From positions 57,337-121,336 of the forward strand of contig CAWDWM010000008.1 in NCBI GenBank assembly GCA_963806015.1: DNA of 64,000 nucleotides, read 5' to 3'. The notes under the pieces were generated by a model. It had not been told where the DNA came from, made no database searches, and saw only the letters and a list, made by a program, of their open reading frames with translations. Numbering within the stretch: the stretch's first letter is position 1; the number at the start of each line of letters is the position of its first letter. The translations under genes were made by a program, and so were the position numbers. Below are positions 25,488 through 35,593 of the stretch, in pieces. The stretch is from an uncultured Actinomycetes bacterium. GTDB taxonomy: Bacteria; Actinomycetota; Thermoleophilia; Solirubrobacterales; Solirubrobacteraceae.

Positions 25488-26185
25488 CAGGCTGGCTCTA
25501 TCGGCTCGACCGACCGCCCGCCGAACCATGTGCGGACCTTGTCGCGCTCGAGGTCCATCCCCTTCGCGCTGTCGGTTGTGGCGGGCGTCCCACTCTTGCC
25601 GCCGAAGTGGTAGAGCAGGTGGTCATGCTGTCGGACGGCACGCACCTGCTGCCCCTCCGCGAGCAGCGCCTGGAGCTTGGTCATCGACCAGTACCACTCG
25701 AACTCGTCGTCAAGCCCGTGTTCGAGCATGAGGTCGCGGTCCACCAGGAGGCAGCAGCCGTCGGCGCGCGGGATCGGCTCCGGGTCGACGGACCCTAACG
25801 ACGTCCCCCCGCGCCGGTGGAGCGCGAGCAATCGCCGCATCGAGTCGGGGTCGCGCGCCTCGACGTCGGAGTTGAGCAGCCGTACGTCGCTCGACGCACA
25901 GCTGGTTGCTGCGGCGCCGATGTTGTTGCCCGGCGCGAAGAGCGCGTTCATATCTGGGGGCGAGAGCCGCTGGATGCGCCCGAGCAGCGTGCACGCCGCC
26001 ATGATCGGGCGGTTGATCTGGCTCCACCAGTTGCGGTTCACGACGAGGTCGTACGCGACGCCGCGCATCTGGGGCAGCGAGTAAAGCATGCGCAGGAAGT
26101 AACGCAGCGCGTTGTGGGTGATGGTGACCACCACAAGGCTGACTGTCGGGCCCTGATCGCGCGCGTGTCGCGCGTCGTCTGTCAT
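25487..26185 (-). CDS. glycosyltransferase family 2-like protein
   Basis: Starts at the internal ATG 26185 of ORF 25487..27085 (MTDDARHARDQGPTVSLVVVTITHN...). The pattern LLNSDVE...DGCCLLVDRDL...DEFEWYW is characteristic of GT2. Confidence 0.7.
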   Translation of the reverse strand: MTDDARHARDQGPTVSLVVVTITHNALRYFLRMLYSLPQMRGVAYDLVVNRNWWSQINRPIMAACTLLGRIQRLSPPDMNALFAPGNNIGAAATSCASSDVRLLNSDVEARDPDSMRRLLALHRRGGTSLGSVDPEPIPRADGCCLLVDRDLMLEHGLDDEFEWYWSMTKLQALLAEGQQVRAVRQHDHLLYHFGGKSGTPATTDSAKGMDLERDKVRTWFGGRSVEPIEPA

Positions 26186-26313
26186 CGCCCCCAGCCTACT
26201 TGCGATCACGACGCGGCCCGCGGCGCCGCAGCGAGGTCCGGCGGCATCCGGGCACCTGCCTGCCACGCTGTAAGCCATCTCATCCCCGTCGTTCGCGCGC
26301 CAGGGGGCCGGCG

Positions 26314-27030
26314 CTAACCCGCCCGCGGGTTGCCCGCGGCCGGGCGGCGCGCCACGACCGCGTAATTCTTCGGGTGCCCGCTGGCCGTGTGTTTGCGACG
26401 CAACTCGGCTCGCGACAGGGCATGCGACAGCACCTTGAGGGCTGGCCGCATGATGGCCACTGCCCCGGCAGTGGCGAACGCGGCGGGGCCTTGGCCGAAT
26501 GATGACGGCCGCCGGGGTAACCAGGACGCAGCGCCATGAAGCTGGAACGACGCCGTCGCGAAGTAGCCGTCGAGCCAGTCCAGACGTTCGATGTCGAAAC
26601 CGGCCTGCTCGAGCAAATGGCGGTAGGCGAACTGCGTGTACCGATAGAAGTCGTACGGCGCCTCGTGCTCCGGGTAGAAGAGGGGCGCTGTCAGCCACAG
26701 CGCGCCGCCCGGTTTGAGCACCCGGTGCAGCTCCCTGAGTACCGCCAAGGGCTCGGGAAGGTGCTCCATCACTTGTGTCAGGAGCACCAGCTCGTAGCGC
26801 TGCGCCTCGACGGGAATCGATTCGAGGCTGCACACGTAGTCGATGTGCGCGTAAGGCTTGTCGACCCGCAGGAAGTCGGCCGATTCGTAATTCGCCAAAC
26901 TGAAGTGCACGCGATATCGACAGTCGCCCGCCCCCGCGTCCAGGACCCGCGCCCCCTCCGGCAGCGACGCGGCTGCCGAGCGTATGAAGGCGTCGAGCCG
27001 CACGCGACTCGGATTCATCGGCACGGCCAT
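26314..27030 (-). CDS. class I SAM-dependent methyltransferase
   Basis: Motif I VLDAGAGDC, then ELVLLTQVMEHLPEP and LKPGGALWL. Confidence 0.85.
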   Translation of the reverse strand: MAVPMNPSRVRLDAFIRSAAASLPEGARVLDAGAGDCRYRVHFSLANYESADFLRVDKPYAHIDYVCSLESIPVEAQRYELVLLTQVMEHLPEPLAVLRELHRVLKPGGALWLTAPLFYPEHEAPYDFYRYTQFAYRHLLEQAGFDIERLDWLDGYFATASFQLHGAASWLPRRPSSFGQGPAAFATAGAVAIMRPALKVLSHALSRAELRRKHTASGHPKNYAVVARRPAAGNPRAG

Positions 27031-27132
27031 ACGCCGCTCTGGGATGCCACACGGCGGCGACGCGGCCCACGAAGACTGGGATCATCCCGTGGACTCATGA
27101 CGAGTGGCTGAGCAGAGCATGACCTCGAGACC

Positions 27133-27369
27133 GTGACGCGGTGCGTGGTCTGCGGCTGCGAGCGCTTGGCGCCGATGTACGACTTCGAAGTACACGAGCC
27201 GTGCGGATAGCACCTCGGTCGATGCGAGGGCTGCAGCACGGGTCTCCCCAATCCGCGATCCAAGGCCGACTCGATCGGCAAAGCGTACCTAGTCGGCCTT
27301 GAGGGATCGGTGCACCGGAACGCGCCGCAGGCGGCGAATGGCGATGCATCTCGCCCGTACAGGTTGTGA
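27133..27369 (+). pseudogene. relic of a methyltransferase N-terminus (zinc-ribbon type) with an in-frame stop
   Basis: VTRCVVCGCERLAPMYDFEVHEPCG*HLGRCEGCSTGLPNPRSKADSIGKAYLV resembles the CxxCG...C..CG..F.NPRP N-terminal module of many SAM methyltransferases. There is an in-frame TAG at 27208, and the methyltransferase domain that normally follows is missing. Confidence 0.3.
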
Positions 27370-27389
27370 TGTGTCCCCCGGAGGTGTTT

Positions 27390-27700
27390 GTGAGGCCGCT
27401 GTCGCATGAGGAGGCGGTGCGTCTGAAGGCTGGCCAGGCGCGCCAAGCGTGAGTCGACCAGGCGGCGCGCCGCGATCCTGCTGGCCTCCAACGTGAGCAT
27501 GTCAGCGCCGCGGATCGCGGAGACGTGGCGCACCGATGCGTCGCACGTACGCAAGGTCATCCACGAGTCAACGAGCGCGGGGTGAACAGTCTGCGCCCTC
27601 GCTACTGGGCGGGCGTCCCGCCGGATCACGACTGATCAGCGCCAGCGGATCGTCTCTTTTCGCGTCGCGCCACTGACCGACGGCCTTCCGTGGTTCCGTC
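27390..27700 (+). mobile_element. degenerate IS630-family transposase N-terminal fragment (multiple frameshifts, 3' truncated)
   Basis: Read across three frames: RPLSHEEAVRLKAGQ / RRRAAILLASNVSMSAPRIAETWRTDASHVRKVIHE / NERGVNSLRPRY..GRPRRITTDQRQRIVSF. This matches the HTH-HTH N-terminus of IS630 transposases. No DDE domain follows and I could not identify terminal inverted repeats. Confidence 0.5.
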
Positions 27701-29093
27701 AATGCGGGCAGCGCGCCCGCAACGTCCAGCCGCGCTTCTGACGGACCACGCTCGCGTTCGGTGTCGGCGCGGCCGCCCCGCGTCGTCCCGAGATGGTTAT
27801 CAGCCCCGCCATCGCCGTCCGCGTCCCCCAGAGGTAGGAGCCGGGCGGGACCTCGCGTCTCGCATCGACGATCTCGCGCGGAGCGACTTGGAGCCAAACC
27901 GCCGCCGTGGAGCGGAAGCGCGTGTTGGGCAGCACCAAGGGTAGGCAGGGAAGGCCGTTCACCACGAGGTCATGCGCGGCTGCGCGGCTCGCCGTGAGCG
28001 CTCGCACAGTGTTGCGCGTGTCCCGCACCCGATAGCCCTCCCGCGGCGCACTCACAGCGAAGATGGCAATGCATGCGGCGCCGGCGGCTCGCCACGCCAA
28101 CGGCTCTTGACGCGCGAACACCAGCGGGAGCGCTGCAGAGGCAGCGACGCACACCAATGCGATCGAGGCGAGGAGATATCGATCGTTCAACGGTGTTCCG
28201 GCTGCCACTGGGATCGCCGTCGCAGCGAGGGTGGCGACAAGCGCGCCCAAGAGAATGGCGAGATTCCCGCGCCGATGGGCCACGGCAAGCCCGATCGCCG
28301 CGGCGGCTACGACCGCAGGGCGAGCGCTGTGTACGAAGACGCTCGTGCCGTGCTCGAGCAGGCCCGCAACGCCTGTCGGCTTTCCCGTCCCCGGTGTGGC
28401 GTCCCTCGTTGTGGTGAAGCTGAAGACTGGGTTACCAGTCACCGCCAGGTCCGCAAGCAGCCATGTGACGGGCGCGGTTGCCGCCACGGCCAGAAACCGC
28501 AGCCGCTTGGGCGTATCGCCGGGGGTGGCGTACACGGCGTACGCGATCGCCAGAAACCATGCCTCGGGACGCAAGAGGCCGGCGATCACGAGCAGAGTGA
28601 GGACGGCCGCTCCTCGCCGCCGCCGCTCCACCTCAAGGACGATCGCCGAGACGACCAGCGCCGCGAAGATGACGTCCAAGAACGCGAGCGCCCCATAGAA
28701 CATCAGGTCGTCGCGGGTGAGGATCAGTCCCGCGGCGACAACAGCGGCTAGTGGCCCAAACAGCCGATACGCGAGCAGGCCCGTCGCGTACACAAGGCTG
28801 CCGACCGCCAGATACCCGATCGCATGCAAACCGGCCTCCGCGGAGGCTCCGAGAGGGGAGAGGAGAATCCCGACGAGGTTGCTGAGGGGGTGCGGGGTCG
28901 GCCCCGGCCGGTAGGAGGGCGTTTCGAGATGAGCCAGCTGCCGCCCCCAGGCAAGGCTCCACATGGCATCGCTGTTGACGAATCCGCGGCCGTAGCCGAA
29001 GTACGCGGCGAGCGCGATGCCGGGCACCGCCCAGACAGCCGGCCTCGACCTGATCTCGCGCTGGCCCAAAGGGATCGGTCTGGGCCGAGCCAC
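27699..29093 (-). CDS. polytopic membrane protein (GT-C-like glycosyltransferase or polymerase candidate)
   Basis: About 11 hydrophobic helices are followed by a soluble C-terminal domain of roughly 100 aa. GTG 29093 was chosen because sequence further upstream in the 593-aa ORF is antisense to the FkbM-like gene. The family assignment is tentative. Confidence 0.55.
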   Translation of the reverse strand: MARPRPIPLGQREIRSRPAVWAVPGIALAAYFGYGRGFVNSDAMWSLAWGRQLAHLETPSYRPGPTPHPLSNLVGILLSPLGASAEAGLHAIGYLAVGSLVYATGLLAYRLFGPLAAVVAAGLILTRDDLMFYGALAFLDVIFAALVVSAIVLEVERRRRGAAVLTLLVIAGLLRPEAWFLAIAYAVYATPGDTPKRLRFLAVAATAPVTWLLADLAVTGNPVFSFTTTRDATPGTGKPTGVAGLLEHGTSVFVHSARPAVVAAAAIGLAVAHRRGNLAILLGALVATLAATAIPVAAGTPLNDRYLLASIALVCVAASAALPLVFARQEPLAWRAAGAACIAIFAVSAPREGYRVRDTRNTVRALTASRAAAHDLVVNGLPCLPLVLPNTRFRSTAAVWLQVAPREIVDARREVPPGSYLWGTRTAMAGLITISGRRGAAAPTPNASVVRQKRGWTLRARCPH

Positions 29094-29152
29094 AGGCCAG
29101 CAGGCTAGCGTCCGGACGAGGACGGGCCACAGTTGGTTGTTAGATTCGCGTT

Positions 29153-29967
29153 GTGCCGGTGCCCGCGCGGGATCTGATCTACGACGTCGGTATGCACAGC
29201 GGCCAAGACTCGGCCTATCTACTTGCACAAGGGGTACCGAGTCGTCGCGATCGAGGCCAACGGTGTGCTCGCCGATCAAGCCTCCGAGCGATTTTCCACC
29301 GAGGTTGCCGACGCGCGGCTGAGCATCCTCAATTGTGCCATCGGGCACGAGGAGGGCGAAGCAGAGTTCTGGGTCTGCGATGACCAGACCGAGTGGAAGC
29401 TCGTTCGACCGCAGGATCGCCAGCCGCCGCGGGGCGCGGCACCATGCAATTCGGGTGCCGGTACGGACCTTCGGGAGCATCCTCGACTCGCATGGAATAC
29501 CGCACTACTGCAAGATCGACATCGAGGGGAGCGACGCCTTCTGTCTCGACGCTCTGGCGCCGGACCGGCGCCCGACCTTCCTCTCCATCGAACTCGATCT
29601 GAGTCGGGCGTACCTGGACCGACTTGCTGCGCTGGGTTACAACCGGTTCAAGCTGATCGACCAACAGCGGATGTGCACGCCGAGCCCGGGCTTCTATCGA
29701 ACGCGGAGCGTGCTGCCTACGTTCGCTCGCCCCATGCTCGAACGAGTGCAGCGGGCAGCGCGTTGTCGCCTGTACGACGAGGAATGGCAATTTGCCTTCG
29801 GCTCGTCCGGGCCGGTGCCCGAGGCGACCCCCGGTCGCTGGGTCGGTCGCGCGCGCGCCGAGAAGCTCATGAGATTCCTCCACGATCGCGTCGGGACCGA
29901 GAACTGGGCCGAGTGGTTCGATCTTCATGCGACCACCGCCGGTGCCCTCGTGAGGGCACCGGCGTAG
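29153..29967 (+). pseudogene. FkbM-family methyltransferase with two apparent +1 frameshifts
   Basis: Three consecutive frames give LIYDVGMHSGQDSAYLL / HKGYRVVAIEANGVLADQ...AEFWVCDDQTEW / SSFDRR...VRTFGSILDSHGIPHYCKIDIEGSD. The shifts lie at tt 29223-29224 (ctg to cttg) and aa 29397-29398. Confidence 0.7.
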
Positions 29968-29997
29968 ACCGCGCGCGCCTGCTCATGTGGCCCGGCG

Positions 29998-31227
29998 TTA
30001 GGCGGGTGGCGCGCGGCGCGTGCCGTTTGCCGCGAGGCGCGAGTACATCGCGACGGTGCGCTGCCCCAGTACCGCCCAGTCGAACTGCTCCTCAACCCAG
30101 GCGCGCCCGACGTGCGCCCGTTCGGGCCACGCGTCGGGATCTTCCAGGACAGCTGATAGGCGTCCGGCCAAGGCGACGGGGTCGTCCTCCGGGACGAGTT
30201 CGTCCCGGTAGCGGGGCGGAACGACTTCCGGCAGGCCGCCGCTACGCGTGGCGACGACCGGAACGCCGACTGCTAGCGCCTCCTTGACCACGACCGGCGA
30301 GCCCTCGACCTCCCCGGACGGCATCGTCCTGCTCGGGACTACGAGCACGTGGGCGCGTCGCAACGCCGCCAGGACCTCGGGTCGGCCGGCGGCTCCGAGG
30401 AATCGCACCGTCCGATCAGGAACGACGCGCCGCGCCAGCGCTTCGTACTCACGCAACTGAGGACCGTCGCCAATGACGTCAAGCGTCACTGCTGCGTCAT
30501 CGGGACGGAGTTCGGCGAGGGCCCGCAAGAGGACGTCTAGGCCCTTGCGTGTCACCACGCGCCCCACGTAGAGGATGCGGACCGGGTCCGCGCGCGGAGC
30601 CGATGGGCGCTGCGGGAACAGATCCAGCGGCACGCCGGCGGGAAGGATGTCCGTTCGTCCACGCCATCCGATCTCCTGCAGGGCCGAGGCGACGAACTCG
30701 GAAACGGCAAAGGCATGATCGAGCCGATCGAAGACCTCGGCGTAGGTCGTGCTCACACCGCCGGGCACGGGCGGCCGCTCGGGGAAGGTCGTGACGTCGG
30801 ACGCGTGGAACGTGCACGCCAGAGGGAGATGGAGACGGTCGGCGAGCGCAAGTGCCCACGGCGCAGCCCAGCCAAAGTGTGCGTGCACGATCGAGGGGCT
30901 GCCAGCAGCGGCGCGCGGCGCGACAGTCGATGCGAGCCAGTCGAGTGTCGTGCGGCGCCTGACGCGGTTGAGCGTCCGGCGACCCGGCCCGGGCGGCGGT
31001 GGGGCGACGAGCAGGCGCGCGTCGGGAGGGTGGGGAAAGCGGGTCCGATCGTGGACGCGCAAGGTTGCGACCCATGCCTCCCATCCCGCGTCCTCTGCAG
31101 CGCGGATGGCATCGGCCACGAACGTCTCGGAGGTGACGCCGTAGTCGCTTGTCGCGTGAAGGACGGAAGGGGCGTGGTTCGGTTCGTGCGTGTCGGACCT
31201 CGAGGCCTCAGCGCGCCGGTGTCTCAT
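29998..31227 (-). CDS. glycosyltransferase family 4
   Basis: GT-B C-terminal signature VGRVVTRKGLDVLLRA...VVPSR...EGSPVVVKEALAVGVPVVATRSGGLPEVV. Confidence 0.85.
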   Translation of the reverse strand: MRHRRAEASRSDTHEPNHAPSVLHATSDYGVTSETFVADAIRAAEDAGWEAWVATLRVHDRTRFPHPPDARLLVAPPPPGPGRRTLNRVRRRTTLDWLASTVAPRAAAGSPSIVHAHFGWAAPWALALADRLHLPLACTFHASDVTTFPERPPVPGGVSTTYAEVFDRLDHAFAVSEFVASALQEIGWRGRTDILPAGVPLDLFPQRPSAPRADPVRILYVGRVVTRKGLDVLLRALAELRPDDAAVTLDVIGDGPQLREYEALARRVVPDRTVRFLGAAGRPEVLAALRRAHVLVVPSRTMPSGEVEGSPVVVKEALAVGVPVVATRSGGLPEVVPPRYRDELVPEDDPVALAGRLSAVLEDPDAWPERAHVGRAWVEEQFDWAVLGQRTVAMYSRLAANGTRRAPPA

Positions 31228-31232
31228 GCTGT

Positions 31233-32036
31233 TTACTGGCGCCGCAGGCGCGCGCCGAGCAGTCCCGGTCCCGACAGCCAGGGGCTCGCGCGAAGCCAGC
31301 TGCCATACACGTCATGGTCATCGCCGATGGCCACATGCTTCTCGGTGACGGTTTCCCACCCGGAGAAGCGCTCGAGCAGATCCCACCCCAAGGATTGCGG
31401 CTCCGTCGGGGTCGGCGGATGGTTGACCTCGACGATCAGTAAGCCCACGCCGCCCGGTGCGGTCACGCGCGTGAACTCGGCGATCGCCGCGTTGGGGTCA
31501 TCGACGTGGTCAAGCGCATTGAAGGCCGCGACGATGTCGAAACTGCCGTCCGGAAACGGGATGCTCTCCGCCCCGCCCTCGACGTATGTCATTCGGTGGG
31601 AATCGATCCCGAGCTTGCGATACCTGGCAACCAGGGGGTCCAAGCCGACGCGCTCGCTCGCATCCGCCGCCCATTCAAGACTCCCTCTTGGGCCGCAGCC
31701 GATGTCGAGCACGCGCTTTCCGGCGTAATCGGCCGCGGTCAGTCCGAATTCCGTGGTGTAGAACCGTTCGTAGTGGCTGTTGGTCAGGACGCCCTCGGCT
31801 TGCTGCCGCACCTGCCAGTAGCTGAACTCGGCCTGCTCCTTGGAGAGCTGGCGGCGTTTAGGCAACCCCCGCATCCGCCGTCGGACCCGAGCCACGAGGT
31901 ACATGTGCTCGAGTGTGACAAGTTCGCGCGGCTCGCGCCGGTTGGTTTCGACTGGCCAATAGGGCAGCGCGTCCACACGCCCCGGGGGTGGCAGCCAGCG
32001 TCGTTCGAGTTCAGCGCACCTCGCCGCGCCTGTCAT
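31233..32036 (-). CDS. class I SAM-dependent methyltransferase
   Basis: Motif I VLDIGCGPRG, then FDIVAAFNALDHVDDP and APGGVGLL. ATG 32036 is fixed by the ATGA overlap with the stop of the upstream GT2 reading frame. Confidence 0.8.
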   Translation of the reverse strand: MTGAARCAELERRWLPPPGRVDALPYWPVETNRREPRELVTLEHMYLVARVRRRMRGLPKRRQLSKEQAEFSYWQVRQQAEGVLTNSHYERFYTTEFGLTAADYAGKRVLDIGCGPRGSLEWAADASERVGLDPLVARYRKLGIDSHRMTYVEGGAESIPFPDGSFDIVAAFNALDHVDDPNAAIAEFTRVTAPGGVGLLIVEVNHPPTPTEPQSLGWDLLERFSGWETVTEKHVAIGDDHDVYGSWLRASPWLSGPGLLGARLRRQ

Positions 32037-33047
32037 CCAGGGGCGATTCGCCCAGCACGGGCGTAGGCGCCGCGATCGAGGATCTGCACGATCCTTCCCA
32101 CCATCGGCTGTTCCCTCCACGGTCGGTTGGAGATGCGACGCCCAACCTCGAAGGCGGCGGCGCTGAACGGGTCGAGGAGACGCACTACCGCCCCGTCGAT
32201 ATCTCCTCGTGGGAGGCAGCGAAGCGCGTGAAGGGAACCGGCGGCGCAGGTCTTGACCAGCGTGGTCGCGCCGACGCGCGGCCCGGCAAACCCTGGATGA
32301 ACCTGCTCAAGCCACTCGGCGCCCGACCCGTGGCGTGCGCGTTGACCGAGCAGATCAACCAGCCTTCGGCGAGCGCTATGTACCGCTTGCGCCTGCGGCC
32401 TGGGCTCAAGCTTCCCAGCCCGCCCGGCTCAGTCGAAAGCAGATGTCGGCGTCTCCGCCGGATCGGATGTCATCGCTGAACCCGCCGACTTTGTCGAACG
32501 CGGCTCGTCGGATTGCGCAGTTTGCGGTCTTGGCGTAAGGCCTGCCCTGGAGCAGGTTGTTGTCTTCATCCATCAGACCACGCAGCCGCGCGTAGCGTGC
32601 GGCAAGCGGCTCGCGGTGGCCGGGTTGGGCTCCCTGATCCCGAATGGCGCCGACGAGCACCGCTGTGCTCGGGCTGGGCGTGTCCACAAAATACCGGTCG
32701 ATGAGGTCTGGCACCGGCTCAACGTCGGCATCGAGGAAGACAAGCCACTCGGCGCGGCCAACGGCGGCCCCTCGGTTGCGGGCATGGTAGGCAGACTGTC
32801 GTTCGGGCGCACGCACCATCTCGGCCGGCGATATATCGCCAGAGGGCTCGGACGGCCCGGCGGGCGCATTGTCAACCACAGTGATGGTGTCTCGTGGTCC
32901 CAATTGCAGCGCGCTCAGCCTTCCGTGGAGGTCGCCGAGCGCCGCCTTGGAGCCACGAAATGGGATGACTACGTCGACAGCGGGACGCACGTTCGGCAAC
33001 GTACCATCGGCCGCGCGCACGCGGCTGAGACCCCCACCGGGCGCCAC
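32033..33047 (-). pseudogene. glycosyltransferase family 2 with one apparent +1 frameshift
   Basis: ORF 32406..33047 (VDVVIPFRG...FLDADV...ICFRLSRAGWEA*) stops prematurely. The shifted frame continues LEPRPQAQAVHSARRRLVDLLGQRARHGSGAEWL... to a TGA that overlaps the next ATG. The extra base lies within 32408-32413. Confidence 0.75.
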
Positions 33048-33062
33048 CTTACGCCGGCGACG

Positions 33063-33947
33063 CTAGGGGACCTGTTCAGTGATACGGCCGATCGGCTCGC
33101 CGCGCCGAGCCCGGCGGCGCATCGTTCGACCGGCCGTGTAGCGGCCCGCGATCATGGCAAGGCGGTATGGGCTCAGCCACTGCCGGTGGCGCTTGGTCCC
33201 GGGCGGATGCTTGGACCACCACTCGACGACCGCCTCACGCGCGCTCGGCGCTTCGACGTGCCGGCACGCGGCCACACCCAACAGCTCGCGACGGTTCCGA
33301 CGGTAGAGCGCGAGCGGTCCCTGCTCTTTGAGGTGGTGCCCGGGAACGGTCAAGACTGGATCGAAGACGATGGCAAAGCCCAGGGCCAGCACGCGATCGG
33401 ACCACTCAACGTCCTCCGAAGCGATCAGTGTCTCGTCGAATGGCTCCCGCCGCCAGATATCCGCGCGCCAAGACGATGCGTGATTCGAGAAACCCCAGAG
33501 TGGGTTTGGCAGAGGCGTGTCGGCCGTCACCAAGAGCTCATCGAGCAACAGTGACCCGTCGGGTCGCGTGCGCTGGCCGTTCGTCGCCACGACGCGGGGT
33601 CGCTCGTAGTGACGTAGCGATCGTTCGATCCAGTCGCGTCGCGGCAGGACGCAATGAGACGACAGCGCGAAATGGATCGGCGCCCGGGCGATCGCCGCGC
33701 CGCGGTTGAGTGCGCGACCGTAGGAGAACGAAGCGCGGGCAATGCGGACAGTCCGATCTGCGAGGTGTTCCGCGATGGCGAGGGTGCCGTCGGTCGAACC
33801 CGAGTCGACGACCACGATCTCCGGCGCGATCGTTTGCGCGCGGAGCGATTCGAGGCAGTCCCTGAGCGTTGGCGCCGAGTCCAGCGTGCGCACTACGACG
33901 CTCGCGCGCGGCGCAGGGGCCGTCATCCCGGCGGTCATCCGCAGCAC
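33063..33947 (-). CDS. glycosyltransferase family 2
   Basis: ASVVVRTLDSAPTLRDCLESL, VVVDSGSTDGT and EDVEWSDR fit GT2. Start is GTG 33947, or ATG 33938 or 33926. Confidence 0.8.
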   Translation of the reverse strand: MLRMTAGMTAPAPRASVVVRTLDSAPTLRDCLESLRAQTIAPEIVVVDSGSTDGTLAIAEHLADRTVRIARASFSYGRALNRGAAIARAPIHFALSSHCVLPRRDWIERSLRHYERPRVVATNGQRTRPDGSLLLDELLVTADTPLPNPLWGFSNHASSWRADIWRREPFDETLIASEDVEWSDRVLALGFAIVFDPVLTVPGHHLKEQGPLALYRRNRRELLGVAACRHVEAPSAREAVVEWWSKHPPGTKRHRQWLSPYRLAMIAGRYTAGRTMRRRARRGEPIGRITEQVP

Positions 33948-34117
33948 GGTAGCTGCGCCCCTCTCGACGGATGTTGGCCGCCCCGGCGCGGGCCGCGCGC
34001 CCGGCTCCAGCCACCGCCTGAGCGCGACAGCTACCGCTCGGCATAAACGCCATTGGCCGCTTGTCCGAGGCTGGCCGTGGCGCTGCTCAGAAATGCTCTG
34101 CGCCGGTCGATTTCAGG

Positions 34118-35592
34118 GTGGTGACCTCCACCCGCTACCTGAACGCGACCGCCATCCTGACCGCCGTCGCGCTCCTCGCCCTTCCCGCCGCCGCCGGCGC
34201 TCGGACACATCGGTTCAGCGCCGCGACCGACGTGACAGTGGGGTTCAAGCTTCCGAAGCGCGACGCCTCCAGCACGCTCGTGCGCTTCACGCGCAACCAC
34301 GTGGCGCTGATCCGCAGCCGGGGCTCGCTCGTGCTGCAGGCGAACGGCAAGCGCTCCCGGTCCCTCGCGCTGCCCGCGGGCCGCGCGGCGCGCGTACTGG
34401 TGGAGCTCTCCGCCGCCAAGGGCACCGCGCGACTGACCCTGGGGCGCAAGACGGCCACCATCGTCGGGCGCTTCGTCGCCGAGGACGCCGTTGCCGTCCC
34501 GAACAACCGGCTGGTCGTGCGCCTGCGCACCCGCAGCGCGGCGTCGTCGGCCACCCCGCAGCGCACCGAGTCGACCGCGACGCTGTCGGCTGCTTCAGCG
34601 CCTGCCGCAGGCACCGACGCGACTGCCACGGACCCCGTCCCGCCGCCCCCGGCGCCGATCGCCGGTTCCGATCTTCGCGCCGACCAGCGTCTGGAACGCG
34701 CCGCTGGCGGCCGCCGCCCCGCTCGATCCCGAGGGCCCGCAACTCGTCCAGAAGCTGCAGGACACCGTGGCGCAGAACCTCGCCGCGAGGACCGGTCCTT
34801 GGATCGCGACCAACCAGAGCGGCATCCCGCTCTATCGAGTCGTGTGGGATCAGCCGCGCGTCCGGGTGCAACTGCACACCGGATGGTGGGGCGACACGCT
34901 GCAGACGACTTACGAGTCCGTGCCGATTCCTGTCGGCGCAAAGCCCGGGACGGGCGCGGACGCGCACATGGTGGTCTGGCAGCCCGGGACGCGACACCTA
35001 CTGGGAGTTCTTCCACATGCGCAAGCTCGCGGACGGCTGGCATGCCGACTACGGCGGAGCGATCAAGGACGTGTCGCACAGCGCCGGCTACTTCTCCACT
35101 GCCTCCTGGCCCGGGCTCTCGCAGTCCTACTGGGGTGCCACGGCGAGCAGCCTCCCCCTCGCCGGCGGGCTGATGCGGATCGCCGAGCTCAAGTCCGGCG
35201 TCATCCCGCACGCCCTGGCGCTGGCGATCCCGTTCGCACGGCCCAAGACCTGGTCATTCCCGGCCCAGCGCACCGACGGCAGCAGCCCTGACACGGCCGG
35301 CATCCCCGAGGGAGCCCGCTTCCGGATCGACCCGAGCCTTGATCTCAGCACGATCCAGATGCCGAAGATGACGCGCATGATGGCCGTGGCCGCACAGCGC
35401 TACGGGATCGTCGTCACCGACCAGACCGGCTGGGCGGTGGGCTTCCGCGCCGAGGACAACACGCCGACCGGCACCGACCCCTACTATGGCCCGGGCGGCC
35501 TGTTCGGCGGCCTGTACCCCAACGACCTGCTGGCCAGCTTCCCCTGGGATCACCTGCAGCTCATGAAGATGGACCTGCACACCACCCCGTAG
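34118..35592 (+). pseudogene. secreted protein of unknown family (paralog of 43750..44889) with two apparent +1 frameshifts
   Basis: Frame 1 holds the signal peptide (AILTAVALLALPAAAGA) and an N-terminal domain. Frame 2 reads PIFAPTSVWNAPL...HMVVWQPG. Frame 3 reads DTYWEFFHMRKLADGWHADYGGAIKDV...FPWDHLQLMKMDL. The shifts lie at tt 34666-34667 and around ggg 34986-34988. Colinear similarity to the intact paralog spans all three frames. Confidence 0.75.
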
Positions 35593-35593
35593 G

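Noticed and set aside
27015-27629. 204-aa minus-strand ORF in the low-GC gap
   Set aside because: It has no family resemblance and an odd composition. The + strand of the same stretch reads as decayed methyltransferase and IS630 fragments, which explains the region better.
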